Positions 1 through 11,602 are shown, numbered from the stretch's first letter. The stretch is DNA of 64,000 nt from Nitrosopumilus sp. (GCA_965218695.1 OZ244651.1:928001-992000), one strand, 5' to 3'. The notes: generated by a model not told the origin, from the letters alone. A program made the numbers and translations.

Positions 1-142
1 CTGTACAATCCGGACACGCATACACCAACACCCTGTACTCGTTTGGCGCCTTGGGGTTTGAGAGTCTTGGATAGTACACCAGCCTTGCGCCGCAGTCCAC
101 GCAGTACCTGTTGGCCCTCCTGATCCTGACCACTATATCCAC
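1..142 (-). CDS. Small Zn-ribbon protein, 3' end runs off the window
   Basis: Manual translation from GTG at 142: VDIVVRIRRANRYCVDCGARLVYYPRLSNPKAPNEYRVLVYACPDCT, with CxxC...CPxC. Absent from the ORF track. Confidence 0.6.
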   Translation of the reverse strand, partial: MDIVVRIRRANRYCVDCGARLVYYPRLSNPKAPNEYRVLVYACPDCT

Positions 143-269
143 CCCTGCATTACCCACTGTCTGTAATCCGGTATTAGGCGCATCATGTTAAAGAGAATAG
201 ACCAAATGGTTTTCAGATGTGCTGATTCTCCGAATACGCCGTCAGGAGTGGCTACTGCTACTACTACTA

Positions 270-1703
270 CTACCCCTTCATCTCTACGCGGCTTTTGAAC
301 TTGGGGGTTATTCCCAGGGAGGTGTAGTCCCCGGAATGGCACGTAAAGCACATCGAGTCCCTTGAAATGCCGACTGCGGCTGCAAGGTTCTCTGCGTCGT
401 TGTATCCCAAAAAGTCAGCACCTATGTTCTGCCTGACCATCTCTATCTTCTCCTCAACACTCATCTCCCGGTCAGAGAATGTTGCCAGCTCGTTCTGGGA
501 CGGAAAGTCGATTCCTGCATAGCATGGAAACTGTATGGGAGGGTACGTTATCATCATGCTGATCTTTTTTGCCCCTGCCCTTCTGAGCGCCTTGATTATT
601 GCCCGGGAACTCGTCCCCCTGACCAGACTGTCGTCAACCACCACGACATGCTGGCCTTCTATTATATCCTGGATTGGAATTATCCATCTGTTTATCTCCA
701 CCCTGTCGCTCTGGTGCGGCTCGATGAAGCTGCGCAGGGGTCCCTTCTTGCTGTACCTGTCCTTTAGCAGGCCCTCGTCAAACGGCACTCCCAGTTCCTG
801 CGCATATCCCAGGGCTGCGGGTCTTGCAGAATCCGGAACCGGTATTACCAGATCCGCATCCCGCACCGGAAACTTTCTTGCAAGAAACCTGCCGATGTTC
901 TTGCGGGTGACATAGATGTTGACGCCCTCCATCCTGCTTGAAGGATGTGCAAAGTAGGTAAACTCAAAGGAGCAGTGCGCCCGAGCGGTATTCCTTGAGA
1001 ACATCTCGGATTTCAGTCCGTCCCTGTTGATCCTTATCATCTCGCCTGGCACGACGTTGCGCTCCATCTTGGCACCAACGGCAGAGATTGCAGAGGATTC
1101 GGATGCCACAATGTACGTGTCATCTGCAGCCTTGTGTCCTAGCACCATTGGACGGAATCCCATGGGGTCGCGGGCCGCATAGACTGATTCGTCGTCTGAG
1201 ATGAATGTAAAGCAGTATGATCCCTTCATCTCGTTTTTCAATACTGACATGGCGCTTCCCATATCGCCCTTCTCGGATATCAGCGAGACCAGTCGCTGCG
1301 CTGCGACAAGCGTGTCGCTTGCATTCTGGGGGGTAAACGAGCACCCGCCAACCAGGTTTGACATCTCCTGGGCGTTTGCGATTGTTCCGTTGTGGGCCAC
1401 ACATAGATCCTTTACCTTCAGCGGCTGTGCATTCTCAAGGGAACTTCTCCCCATGGTGGAGTACCGCACATGGCCAATAACTGCATGCGATGCATAATTC
1501 CTTGCGATGGACTTGAGTTCTGATGCCGCTGCCGAGACCAGCCCGATCTTCTTGAACGGCGGCTTGTTGGGCACTGCAATCCCCCATGCCTCCTGCCCCC
1601 TGTGCTGGAGTGCCCTGAGGGCGTCGATTGCCATTGGGACGACGTTTGTCCCGCTGGCAGAGTAGATCCCGACAACACCGCAGTTCTCCTTTGGCTTATC
1701 CAT
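270..1703 (-). CDS. purF: Amidophosphoribosyltransferase
   Basis: CGVVG N-terminus, QHRGQE, GHVRYST and PRPP motif VVVDDSLVRGTS; clustered with purL/Q/S. Confidence 0.97.
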   Translation of the reverse strand: MDKPKENCGVVGIYSASGTNVVPMAIDALRALQHRGQEAWGIAVPNKPPFKKIGLVSAAASELKSIARNYASHAVIGHVRYSTMGRSSLENAQPLKVKDLCVAHNGTIANAQEMSNLVGGCSFTPQNASDTLVAAQRLVSLISEKGDMGSAMSVLKNEMKGSYCFTFISDDESVYAARDPMGFRPMVLGHKAADDTYIVASESSAISAVGAKMERNVVPGEMIRINRDGLKSEMFSRNTARAHCSFEFTYFAHPSSRMEGVNIYVTRKNIGRFLARKFPVRDADLVIPVPDSARPAALGYAQELGVPFDEGLLKDRYSKKGPLRSFIEPHQSDRVEINRWIIPIQDIIEGQHVVVVDDSLVRGTSSRAIIKALRRAGAKKISMMITYPPIQFPCYAGIDFPSQNELATFSDREMSVEEKIEMVRQNIGADFLGYNDAENLAAAVGISRDSMCFTCHSGDYTSLGITPKFKSRVEMKG

Positions 1704-3849
1704 GTAGTACCAGACTCTTCAACGAGTTTAACCATACCTCACGCGCCTTATCAACTCTTAGATTGACTGTATCGTCTTTTCCCCTAAACAGTATGGATTC
1801 GCCCTCAAACCTTCCTATCTGGCCGAACCTGACTCCGCTCCCCTCTAGAGTCTCCCTGATCTCCTCCAGACTGTCCTCCCCTACTGCCAGCAGATATCTG
1901 GAGTGGCTCTCAGAGAACAGTATCCTGTCCATGTACATCACATCATGCGGCACCGCTACCGTATCCACAGCGCAGCCAATCTGGCCGGTCATGCACATCT
2001 CAGACACTGCGACTGCCAGGCCTCCCTTTGAGCAGTCGTGCGCAGATCTTACCAAACCCTTTGCGATGCAGTCCAGCACGCCGTTCATGTTCCTTTCTGA
2101 TGCGGCAAAATCCACGGCTGGGCATCTCCCACCCACGCATCCGTGTATGTACTCCAGATACTCAGAGCCGCCCATCTCGTCCTTTGTCTCACCTACCATC
2201 ACAAGACAGTCTCCGGGTGTAATTCTTTGGGGTGCGGGCTGTTTGTCTGAGAGTCCTAGGACTCCTATTAGTGGGGTGGGCTTGATGGGGCCTGAGGCAG
2301 TCTCGTTGTACAGGCTTACCTTTCCCCCGATACATGGAATGTTCATGTGCCTTGCAAAGTCTGCAATCCCCCTGAGCGATTCCAGAAACGTCCAGAATAT
2401 CTCGGGATCCCTGGGATTTCCAAACTGGAGGTGATCCAGCATCCCGGCGGGTCTGGCACCGGTGCACACGACGTTCCTGCATGCCTCCTCAAAGCAGCCG
2501 ATGGCGCCGTTGCGGGGGTCGACATAGCAGTGCTTGGGGTTTCCGTCAATCTTCATCGACAGGAACCTGCCGTTGTCAAGGCGCAGGACGGATGCGTCAC
2601 CGCCAGGCTTTATGACGGTCCTGATTCCCACCTCGTGATCATACTGGCCGTACACCCAGTTCTTGCTTGCAATGTTAGGCGCGCCAAGCAGGCTTGCCAG
2701 CACCTGTGACAGATCCGTGACCTCCTTGAGGCTCTCCCTGTGTATGGTCTTGAGGTACTCTGGCTTTTTCGACGGCAGGTCAAGGAGCGTGGCATCGGTA
2801 ATGACCTTTGCAGGCAGGCAGGCAAAGATCTCCTGGCCCCTTCGGATCCGCACAATCCCGTCTGGCGTAACTGAGCCAATGACGGAGCAGCTGATGCGAA
2901 ACTTTTTGCATATCTCCGCCAGTACCTTGACTTGTTTGCCTCCGGTAACCAGCAACATCCTCTCTTGTGACTCTGACACCATGATCTCCCACGGACTCAT
3001 CTCCTCCCTGGTGTGGACGCTTTCCACATCCACATCCATTCCCACGCCAAGGGTATTGGCAGTCTCGGATACGGCACATGCAAGCCCGCCGCCTCCAAGA
3101 TCCTTCATGGCGCGAATCACGCCTGCATTCCTTGCCTCCAGTATGGCCTCGATTATCAGCTTTTCAATGAACGGATCGGGTATCTGCACGGCCGAGCGGT
3201 CGTCTGTCTCCAGCGTGTCTGATGCAAACTGTGATCCCCCTATGCCGTCACGGCCTGTGGCACCGCCCACCAGAACCACCCGATCCCCTGGCTCTGCATG
3301 GTTCTTTATCAGGCGCTCCCTTTTTCCAAATCCGACTGCAGCCACATCCACCATGGCATATCCTGAATAGCATGAATCAAATTCTGTCTCGCCTCCGATG
3401 GTGGGAATTCCAAGGCAGTTGCCATAGTCTGCAATGCCGCTCACGGCGTTCCTGAACAGCCACCGTGCATGCGCATCATTTTTGATGTCCCCAAAGCGCA
3501 GTCCGTCAAGTATTGCAACCGGCCTAGTTCCTGCAGACAGTATGTCCCGTATCACCCCGCCGACCCCGGTTGCAGCGCCCCCGTACGGCTCTACTGCTGA
3601 AGGATGGTTGTGGCTCTCGATGTGGGCAGTTATCACGTACCCGCCCCCCACATCCAGCACTCCTGAGTCGTACCCCTTTTCTGTAATTACCAGTGGCCCG
3701 TTCATCGGAAGCATTCTCAGGTGTCTCTTTGATGACTTGTAGGAGCAGTGTTCGGACCATTCTGCTGCCACCATCTCAAACTCCGTACTGGTGGGCTCCC
3801 TGCCTATTCTTGCCCGAAGATCCTCGATCTCCTGCGGTTCCAGACTCAA
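1696..3849 (-). CDS. purL: FGAM synthase subunit PurL
   Basis: WSEHCSYKSS, ESHNHPSAVEPYGGAATGVGG, SESQERM and GGKVSLYNE motifs. Confidence 0.97.
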   Translation of the reverse strand: MSLEPQEIEDLRARIGREPTSTEFEMVAAEWSEHCSYKSSKRHLRMLPMNGPLVITEKGYDSGVLDVGGGYVITAHIESHNHPSAVEPYGGAATGVGGVIRDILSAGTRPVAILDGLRFGDIKNDAHARWLFRNAVSGIADYGNCLGIPTIGGETEFDSCYSGYAMVDVAAVGFGKRERLIKNHAEPGDRVVLVGGATGRDGIGGSQFASDTLETDDRSAVQIPDPFIEKLIIEAILEARNAGVIRAMKDLGGGGLACAVSETANTLGVGMDVDVESVHTREEMSPWEIMVSESQERMLLVTGGKQVKVLAEICKKFRISCSVIGSVTPDGIVRIRRGQEIFACLPAKVITDATLLDLPSKKPEYLKTIHRESLKEVTDLSQVLASLLGAPNIASKNWVYGQYDHEVGIRTVIKPGGDASVLRLDNGRFLSMKIDGNPKHCYVDPRNGAIGCFEEACRNVVCTGARPAGMLDHLQFGNPRDPEIFWTFLESLRGIADFARHMNIPCIGGKVSLYNETASGPIKPTPLIGVLGLSDKQPAPQRITPGDCLVMVGETKDEMGGSEYLEYIHGCVGGRCPAVDFAASERNMNGVLDCIAKGLVRSAHDCSKGGLAVAVSEMCMTGQIGCAVDTVAVPHDVMYMDRILFSESHSRYLLAVGEDSLEEIRETLEGSGVRFGQIGRFEGESILFRGKDDTVNLRVDKAREVWLNSLKSLVLHG

Positions 3850-4523
3850 CGGCGCACCGTTCCTTCAAGCATGGACTCTAAGATGAGCAGGGACGAGGTG
3901 TCGCCTGACGGATTAATCGCAGATTCGGCAGCCCTCTCCGGGTGGGGCATCATGCCCACCACGTTTCCATCCTCGTTGCATACTCCTGCAATGTTGTATA
4001 CGGAGCCGTTTACCGGCCCCTCGTACTGAAATACAATCTGGTTGTTCCTGCGCATTCGTGCCAGCGTGTCCTCATCTGTAAAGTATCTTCCCTCGCCGTT
4101 TGCAATCGGGATTGGAATCTTTTGGTGTAGCCGGAACCTGTCGGTAAAGGGGGTCCTGTTGTTCTCCACTGTTATGCCGGACCACTCACACATGTAGCTC
4201 AGCGACTCATTTCTGAGCAGCACGCCTGGCAGTATTCCTGATTCTGCAAGGATCTGAAACCCGTTGCAGACTCCAAGTATCGGGGTTCCAGAGTCTGCCA
4301 TCCTTTTGATGTCGCGTATTATGGGGCTGTGCGCCGCAATGATGCCCGCCCTGAGCCTGTCGCCGTACGAGAACCCACCGGGAAGAATTACCGCATCGGC
4401 GTCATCAGGCATGGGACTTTCATGCCAGAGATACTGCACGTCAAATCCGATGACATCACTCAGTACGTGATACATGTCGCGATCACAGTTGCTTCCTGGA
4501 AACACCACGATGACTACACTCAC
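3846..4523 (-). CDS. purQ: FGAM synthase subunit PurQ
   Basis: FPGSNCD, PGGFSYGD, GVCNGFQ and MMPHPER motifs. Confidence 0.97.
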   Translation of the reverse strand: MSVVIVVFPGSNCDRDMYHVLSDVIGFDVQYLWHESPMPDDADAVILPGGFSYGDRLRAGIIAAHSPIIRDIKRMADSGTPILGVCNGFQILAESGILPGVLLRNESLSYMCEWSGITVENNRTPFTDRFRLHQKIPIPIANGEGRYFTDEDTLARMRRNNQIVFQYEGPVNGSVYNIAGVCNEDGNVVGMMPHPERAAESAINPSGDTSSLLILESMLEGTVRR

Positions 4524-4587
4524 AGAACCGTTTAGATTTAGCGATATTTAATTGAAATTAGTCGCACCGGCTGATGCGGATTCCGGA

Positions 4588-4851
4588 TTACTGCCGTGCC
4601 TTAAGGGAAATCCTGCTTGCCACAGGATTGTATATCCTCAGCTCGTCGCAGATCTTCTGCACCCTGGACGTGGCAGCGTCTGCGTCTGCAGCATCAATGG
4701 TAAACTTTAGCATCCGGGCAGTCCTTATCCTTGAGACCTCCGAGTAACTGCCCCTCAGAACCAGATCATTGAGGATTGTATCCCCCTCCGGGTCGCTCAT
4801 GCCCTGCTTGTTCTCTATTGTGACGTGGATCTCATACGATGCCATCAGCAT
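4588..4851 (-). CDS. purS: FGAM synthase subunit PurS
   Basis: 87 aa with DPEG and NPV motifs, upstream of purQ. Confidence 0.9.
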   Translation of the reverse strand: MLMASYEIHVTIENKQGMSDPEGDTILNDLVLRGSYSEVSRIRTARMLKFTIDAADADAATSRVQKICDELRIYNPVASRISLKARQ

Positions 4852-4947
4852 TCAAGTGTCCTGCCGGGTTAATCTATCTTGCTGGATACGTGACATGTGT
4901 CTGGCTGTCTTGGTTTTCATCCATCCTTCAAACCCCTGAATCATCAA

Positions 4948-5318
4948 ATGGACATTCTGGGGTTGATTCAGGCAAACCTTCTGACGCCAATCTGCTGTTT
5001 TTCATACTGGGCATCGTCGCTGCCCGAATCAAGTTCGATCTGAGGATGCCTGATGCGATATCCGAATTTCTCCCAATCTATCTCCTGGCAGTCATCGGGC
5101 TGCACGGGGGGCTGGAGATGCGCTCGACCGGGTTTGAGCAGATGCTTCCCCCTATGGTCGCCGCAGTGGCGCTGTCGCTGCTATTCACGCTCAACCACTA
5201 CCAAATCCTGAAACACCTTGGAAAATTCAACGTCTTTGACGCCTACGCGCTTGCCTCCACCTACGGCGCAGTGGGGGCCGTGACGTTTTCGGTGGGAATC
5301 TCGTTTTTGAACAACCAG
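4948..5318 (+). pseudogene. sbtA: Sodium-dependent bicarbonate transporter SbtA, 5' fragment (frameshifted and truncated)
   Basis: ATG 4948 gives MDILGLIQANLLTPI; after a frameshift near 4990 it reads LFFILGIVAARIKFDL..PDAISEFLPIYLLAVIGLHGG..YGAVGAVTF, typical of SbtA. Similarity ends after FLNNQ. Confidence 0.85.
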
Positions 5319-5346
5319 CATCGTCTCACTGGATTTGTGTGGCTTG

Positions 5347-5364
5347 AAGTATTCTTGGAACGTG
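5347..5364 (+). repeat. 18-bp direct repeat at left island boundary (AAGTATTCTTGGAACGTG)
   Basis: Identical to 37645..37662. Confidence 0.8.
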
Positions 5365-5457
5365 CGCTTGACTACACCCAAACGACATGATTTCTGGACA
5401 ATAGAGTACACTGATTAATCGAGAATATTAATATACTGCAAATACCTTTTTTTTCTA

Positions 5458-6708
5458 TTGGTACAGGGAATAAAAGAAAAAATTGAGAACGCCAATAAAG
5501 AGGCAATAAATAAGATCCTTACATCAAGACCAATCTTAGTTGATGTCAAACCAGCTATAGAAGTAATACCTGAAATGAAAAAAAATATGATTATGCATGC
5601 TGGTCCTCCAATCGACTGGCAAAATATGTGCGGGCCTATGAGGGGAGCTATAATAGGAACTTTGTTATTCGAAGGTCTTGCTAAAACGAAAGATGAAGCT
5701 GTTAAGATTAGCGAAAATGGAGAAATTGAATTCTCACCAAATCACGAGCATCACGCTGTAGGCCCTATGGCTGGAATCACTTCTGCATCCATGCCAGTCT
5801 TCGTTGTGAAAAATGAGCCACACAACAATACAGCTTTTGCACGTGTGGTTGAAGATAAGATAGGATTTGGGGATTATGGAGATGAGGCAGTTGAAAGTTT
5901 GCGCTTTTGGAGAGATAAAGCGTCTGTTGCAATTGGCATCGCAGCCCGCAAAGCTGGGGGGATTGATTTGAAGAGCATTATTGCTAAGGCTTTGTTTAGG
6001 GGAGATGAACTACATAACAGACCTGTTGCTGGAAGCTCCTTGTTTACTAATATCATATTATCATATCTAATCGAGGTTGGCATGGATCATAAGGAACTGC
6101 TTCCAGTTGCAAAGTTTTTGACCGATAATGAAATATTTTTCCTTGGTCTGAGCATGGGTGCTTGTAAAGCAACCATGGATGCCGCGCACGGAATTGATTA
6201 TAGTACATTAGTTACTGTTATGGCAAGGAATGGTGTTGAGTTTGGAATCAAGGTGAGTGGTTTAGGCGATGAATGGTTTACTGGGCCAGCAAATATGATC
6301 GATGGCTTATTCCTCCCGGGATTCACAGCCGATGATGCTAATCCGGACATCGGCGACAGTGCTATTACGGAAACTGCTGGACTGGGAGGCTTCACTTTGG
6401 CAGCTGGACTTGCAATTATTAATTTGGTTGGAGGAACTCCTGATGAGGCAATACGGTATAGCAAGCAAATGCAAGAAATAACTATCGCGAAAAACAATGG
6501 ATACACAATTCCTGCTCTTAACTTTGAGGGAACGGCGACTGGAATTGATATAAGGAAGGTTGTCAAGACTGGAATTCTTCCAATCATTGATACTGCTATT
6601 GCCAGTAAGAACCCAGGGCAGCGTATGATAGGTGCTGGCTTGGTTAAGCCGCCGCTAGAAGCTTTTAAGAAAGCCCTACAGGGGTTTGCAAAAAAATACG
6701 ATATCTAA
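5458..6708 (+). CDS. ylbE: DUF1116 protein (YlbE/AllG/YahG family, carbamoyltransferase subunit)
   Basis: HAGPP, AVGPMAG, GDELHNR, MARNGVEFGI and DIGDSAITET motifs. Confidence 0.92.
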   Translation: MVQGIKEKIENANKEAINKILTSRPILVDVKPAIEVIPEMKKNMIMHAGPPIDWQNMCGPMRGAIIGTLLFEGLAKTKDEAVKISENGEIEFSPNHEHHAVGPMAGITSASMPVFVVKNEPHNNTAFARVVEDKIGFGDYGDEAVESLRFWRDKASVAIGIAARKAGGIDLKSIIAKALFRGDELHNRPVAGSSLFTNIILSYLIEVGMDHKELLPVAKFLTDNEIFFLGLSMGACKATMDAAHGIDYSTLVTVMARNGVEFGIKVSGLGDEWFTGPANMIDGLFLPGFTADDANPDIGDSAITETAGLGGFTLAAGLAIINLVGGTPDEAIRYSKQMQEITIAKNNGYTIPALNFEGTATGIDIRKVVKTGILPIIDTAIASKNPGQRMIGAGLVKPPLEAFKKALQGFAKKYDI

Positions 6709-6780
6709 TTTATCTATCGCTTTTTTGCACGCGAGTAAGGTACGCCAATAGATGCTGGTTGTAAAGTTCTCTTATAGGTA

Positions 6781-7880
6781 TACTGACGATCAAAAGTTTG
6801 TGCACAATGCTTCATATTTTCGGCTGGTAAATTTGAGAATGTCAAGCTTGAACCTAATGGTTCGATAATACAACGAGACTGCCCGGTGCATGTCCTGAAA
6901 TGTCCGGTAATATTCTGAGACAAGCAGGACGCGCTTTCCCTGGTGCCAGCATTCCTCCATCGCGTTGAGGTACGGCGATCCCTTTGGCAAATAGATCATC
7001 TTGACGTCTCTGTTGCTGCGCAGAAATTCCTTGACACGTTTTGAGCGGTGCTGCGGAGCCCGGTCTGTAGTCACCACCACTTTTCCAAAATGCCTGTGCA
7101 GATCCTTGAGATACCTGACAAACGTGGGCCCGTCAAATTTCTCGTACGTCCGGAAAAACTGCCTGCCGTCCCGGGCAATCGAGCCGTACGCTGCGATCCT
7201 CTTGTGGCTGCCGGTGTATGGTACGCTTATGGGATGGCCCACGGGAGACCAGTATTTGCGACCGACCATCACGTCGTGTATGAAAATTACCTCATCCTCC
7301 ATTACCGTGGTGAATCCCTCATTTTCCAGGCGTGAAACGCGCTTATTGAAGCGGTATTTCCAGTTCTGCACGGCTTTTTTGCCTGCCCTGTTAACGTGGA
7401 TCTTTCGCGGTGCCTTTGGAGACAGGTTGTGCTGGTGCATAATTTTCCTGACGTACGTGATGTGAAGTTTTACGCCCGCGTCCTTGCGTATATTCTCCTG
7501 CAACTCCGAGGGCGTGATCCTACGGCAGGATGCCCTTGCGATTATTCCGTCCATGATGTCTCGTGAAATCTTTCTGGGTCGTCCGCATCGGGGAAGGTCA
7601 CGGAGGCCTTGCAGGCCTCCGTCGTCGAATCGGCGCAACCAGTTACGGACCCAGTTTGGGCTCCGTCCCTGGATGTCGGCAGTCTCCTCCACGGACATGT
7701 TGCGCACGCGAACCATGCGCACCGAGACCATCCGGATTCTGACCTTGTAATCTTTTTCTTTTCTGTACGCCTTTTCGAGTTCTTCCAGTTTGGTGTCGTC
7801 CATGTATCCCTGAAATGGGCCTGATCTAGAAACTTTGCGGTTGGCTAGGGCATTTGTTCAAAGACTTTTGCGCGTCAGTA
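6781..7880 (-). mobile_element. IS630-family element A (transposase 6790..7803)
   Basis: HTH plus DDE (EDE..DRAPQH..PYLNAMEECW); TIR TACTGACGnnCAAAAG; TA duplication at 6779-80 and 7881-82. Confidence 0.93.
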
Positions 7881-7971
7881 TAGATGCCGTTACTGCAATG
7901 GCCATAATATGGGAAAGCATCAGCATAAGTTGATGCGGTGCTTTAACACCAACAGCTTGGAAACTAAATTG

Positions 7972-8179
7972 GTAAGTGTTCACGTGGTTTAACTCATTTT
8001 TAGGCGTATTTTGCAATCTCCGCCAAGTAATCCAATTTCTTGTTTTTCCATGTCATTACACATGAAAAGAAATTCGCCATCCACGTCATCGTCTCCTCTG
8101 CCCTTATGCTGCCCCGTATTTTTCTGTGCACGACTATCTCGCGCAACCCGCGTTCTGCAGCATTGTTTGTAGGCGGGAT
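7972..8179 (-). mobile_element. Partial IS66-family element (208-bp terminal piece)
   Basis: Starts GTAAGTGTTCACGTGG, identical to one end of the full copies, and abuts the full copy at 8180. Confidence 0.9.
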
Positions 8180-9705
8180 GTAAGTGTTCACGTGGTTTAA
8201 CTCATTTTTAGGCGTATTTTGCAATCTCCGCCAAGTAATCCAATTTCTTGTTTTTCCATGTCATTACACATGAAAAGAAATTCGCCATCCACGTCATCGT
8301 CTCCTCTGCCCTTATGCTGCCCCGTATTTTTCTGTGCACGACTATCTCGCGCAACCCGCGTTCTGCAGCATTGTTTGTAGGCGGGATCTTTGGGTTCAGC
8401 ACGAACCGGAACAGGTCGCTGCCAGCATTGCTGATCTTGACCATGAATTTTTCCAATATTGGATCGTCGGCGTACCTTGCAACGATCTTTTCGATGCATG
8501 ACGTCAGCATGGCAGACGCGTTGTCCCGGAGAGAGCGCGAGCGTTTCCTGCTTGCCCTTCTGGCATAATCATAGATTATGCGCAGGTGCTTCAGGACGTT
8601 GCGCGCGCCTGGGCAGTCCGGATTGCGGTTGCAGATGTCCCTGGCCTCGCGTATTATGTGCGACCAGCAGCGCTGGACGCGGTATTTTCCGTACGCCGTC
8701 CAGCCGTCGCACACTAACGTGCCGTCCCAACCCCCAAGCGCTTCTTTCAGAACCTTTGCCCCCCGGCTGTCCCGTATCACGTACAGCGCGTGCCCGGTCA
8801 GCGGATCGTGCAGTATCCACACCCAGACGTTGCGGCCGTTTAGGTGAATCGATGTCTCGTCGGCGTGCAGTATCTTGGCCTTGCGTATCATGGCGGCAAT
8901 GGCTGCCGCAGGGGCGCCCAGCGACGTTCCCAGCCTGCGCATTATGTTGTGCGCCGTGCCCGAGGAGAGTGTAATTCCGTACCGCGACATGCGGTCTGCG
9001 ATCATCCTAAACGGCATGCGACACACGTAATCGTCTGCAACATCAGTCGTTATGCTCGGATCGTAGCTGCCCTTGTCTGGAAGGCCGGTCTCGGGCTTGA
9101 TGTCCACCAGACCGCAGGAGCAGCGACACGTGTTTATGGTGTGGCGCGTGGTGATGACCTTTATCGTGCGCTCCACCTTGGTAATGTCGCGTTTTTCTGA
9201 CTGCACTATGGAAAGGCTACCCGAGCCGCATTCGGGGCAGGCCTCCGGGGTGTGTTCCTCAAACTCGGTGGGTTTTGGCTTGCGGGTGCGGCCCATGTAG
9301 CCTTTTTGCCCCCCGCGCGACTTCCCGCTGCCGGCCGCATCCACGCGGTCCTTTTGATCCCGGGAGGCTTTTGTGGATTTATTGTAGGCATTCTTTTCGT
9401 CGCCTTTTCCCTTTGTGTCAGGCCATCCGGGCCCCCTTTTTTGTGATGACGGGGTGTTGTAATTGTCATGCCGCACCAGCCTGCGCTTAAGATCAGCAAC
9501 TGCCAGATTCAATTCCTCAATTATCTGCCCTTGCATCTCAATCGTCTGCTTGAGCTTGATGTTCTCAGTCTTGAGATCCGTGTACATCTTTTTGAGTTCA
9601 GCCTGGCTTTTCACATCGGGTTTGGATTACCATCCTATTTGGATCTGTGGTTTGCACAAAATTTACCCAAGAGTGAACTGAATTAGGCACGACGTGAACA
9701 CTTAC
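8180..9705 (-). mobile_element. Single-ORF IS66-family element, copy 1 (transposase 8208..9614)
   Basis: 1526 bp; TIR GTAAGTGTTCACGT; coiled-coil, Zn finger, HADET, QRCWSH and TNNAAERGLR motifs; TSD CTAAATTG at 7964-7971 and 9706-9713. Confidence 0.95.
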
Positions 9706-9727
9706 CTAAATTGTAAAGCATCCACCA

Positions 9728-9818
9728 GTACATACTCAGGTCCCGGTATTGTCTAGGCGTAAACATGTACTGTTTTACGTATATTCACGCCTGAGTTTAA
9801 GGGGAACCTGAGTATGTA
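9728..9818. mobile_element. 92-bp palindromic MITE (last base displaced to 13712 by IS630-C)
   Basis: TIR GTACATACTCAGGT; 8-bp TSD ATCCACCA at 9720-9727 and 13713-13720. Confidence 0.8.
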
Positions 9819-9873
9819 TACCAAAAGTGAAAAGTTGATGCGATTGTCACATATTTTACCACATCTAAAGTTA

Positions 9874-11399
9874 GTAAGTGTTCACGTGGTTTAACTCATT
9901 TTTAGGCGTATTTTGCAATCTCCGCCAAGTAATCCAATTTCTTGTTTTTCCATGTCATTACACATGAAAAGAAATTCGCCATCCACGTCATCGTCTCCTC
10001 TGCCCTTATGCTGCCCCGTATTTTTCTGTGCACGACTATCTCGCGCAACCCGCGTTCTGCAGCATTGTTTGTAGGCGGGATCTTTGGGTTCAGCACGAAC
10101 CGGAACAGGTCGCTGCCAGCATTGCTGATCTTGACCATGAATTTTTCCAATATTGGATCGTCGGCGTACCTTGCAACGATCTTTTCGATGCATGACGTCA
10201 GCATGGCAGACGCGTTGTCCCGGAGAGAGCGCGAGCGTTTCCTGCTTGCCCTTCTGGCATAATCATAGATTATGCGCAGGTGCTTCAGGACGTTGCGCGC
10301 GCCTGGGCAGTCCGGATTGCGGTTGCAGATGTCCCTGGCCTCGCGTATTATGTGCGACCAGCAGCGCTGGACGCGGTATTTTCCGTACGCCGTCCAGCCG
10401 TCGCACACTAACGTGCCGTCCCAACCCCCAAGCGCTTCTTTCAGAACCTTTGCCCCCCGGCTGTCCCGTATCACGTACAGCGCGTGCCCGGTCAGCGGAT
10501 CGTGCAGTATCCACACCCAGACGTTGCGGCCGTTTAGGTGAATCGATGTCTCGTCGGCGTGCAGTATCTTGGCCTTGCGTATCATGGCGGCAATGGCTGC
10601 CGCAGGGGCGCCCAGCGACGTTCCCAGCCTGCGCATTATGTTGTGCGCCGTGCCCGAGGAGAGTGTAATTCCGTACCGCGACATGCGGTCTGCGATCATC
10701 CTAAACGGCATGCGACACACGTAATCGTCTGCAACATCAGTCGTTATGCTCGGATCGTAGCTGCCCTTGTCTGGAAGGCCGGTCTCGGGCTTGATGTCCA
10801 CCAGACCGCAGGAGCAGCGACACGTGTTTATGGTGTGGCGCGTGGTGATGACCTTTATCGTGCGCTCCACCCTGGTAATGTCGCGTTTTTCTGACTGCAC
10901 TATGGAAAGGCTACCCGAGCCGCATTCGGGGCAGGCCTCCGGGGTGTGTTCCTCAAACTCGGTGGGTTTTGGCTTGCGGGTGCGGCCCATGTGGCCTTTT
11001 TGCCCCCCGCGCGACTTCCCGCTGCCGGCCGCATCCACGCGGTCCTTTTGATCCCGGGAGGCTTTTGTGGATTTATTGTAGGCATTCTTTTCGTCGCCTT
11101 TTCCCTTTGTGTCAGGCCATCCGGGCCCCCTTTTTTGTGATGACGGGGTGTTGTAATTGTCATGCCGCACCAGCCTGCGCTTAAGATCAGCAACTGCCAG
11201 ATTCAATTCCTCAATTATCTGCCCTTGCATCTCAATCGTCTGCTTGAGCTTGATGTTCTCAGTCTTGAGATCCGTGTACATCTTTTTGAGTTCAGCCTGG
11301 CTTTTCACATTGGGTTTGGATTACCATCCTATTTGGATCTGTGGTTTGCACAAAATTTACCCAAGAGTGAACTGAATTAGGCACGACGTGAACACTTAC
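9874..11399 (-). mobile_element. IS66-family element, copy 2 (transposase 9902..11308)
   Basis: 1526 bp, same TIR; TSD TAAAGTTA at 9866-9873 and 11400-11407. Confidence 0.95.
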
Positions 11400-11602
11400 T
11401 AAAGTTATACCAATTTCACGTCCCACAGTCAATGAAGATCAAGACGATGTTGAAAAGATACGCCGCTGAGACAGACTGCGATACCAAGGACCGCATGATG
11501 CTGATCATCAGAGTCAAACGTGATGGAATAACCATGAGGGATTCTGCAAAATCCCTGGGAAAGTCAGCCTCGTGGGGCTACAAGTGGCACGAGCGCTACC
11601 TA

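Noticed and set aside
251-272. (CTA)n tract after purF, and other short microsatellites (47450-47515, 55515-55533, 37741-37749)
   Set aside because: Short slippage tracts with no evidence of phase-variable control
270-4851. Functional coupling between the purine biosynthesis genes and the adjacent catabolic island
   Set aside because: The adjacency is explained by insertion into the neighbouring sbtAB locus; no shared regulatory signal seen
4839-5390. 183-aa ORF as an intact membrane protein
   Set aside because: Chimeric frame: spurious N-terminus, an sbtA fragment, and a tail read into the island boundary
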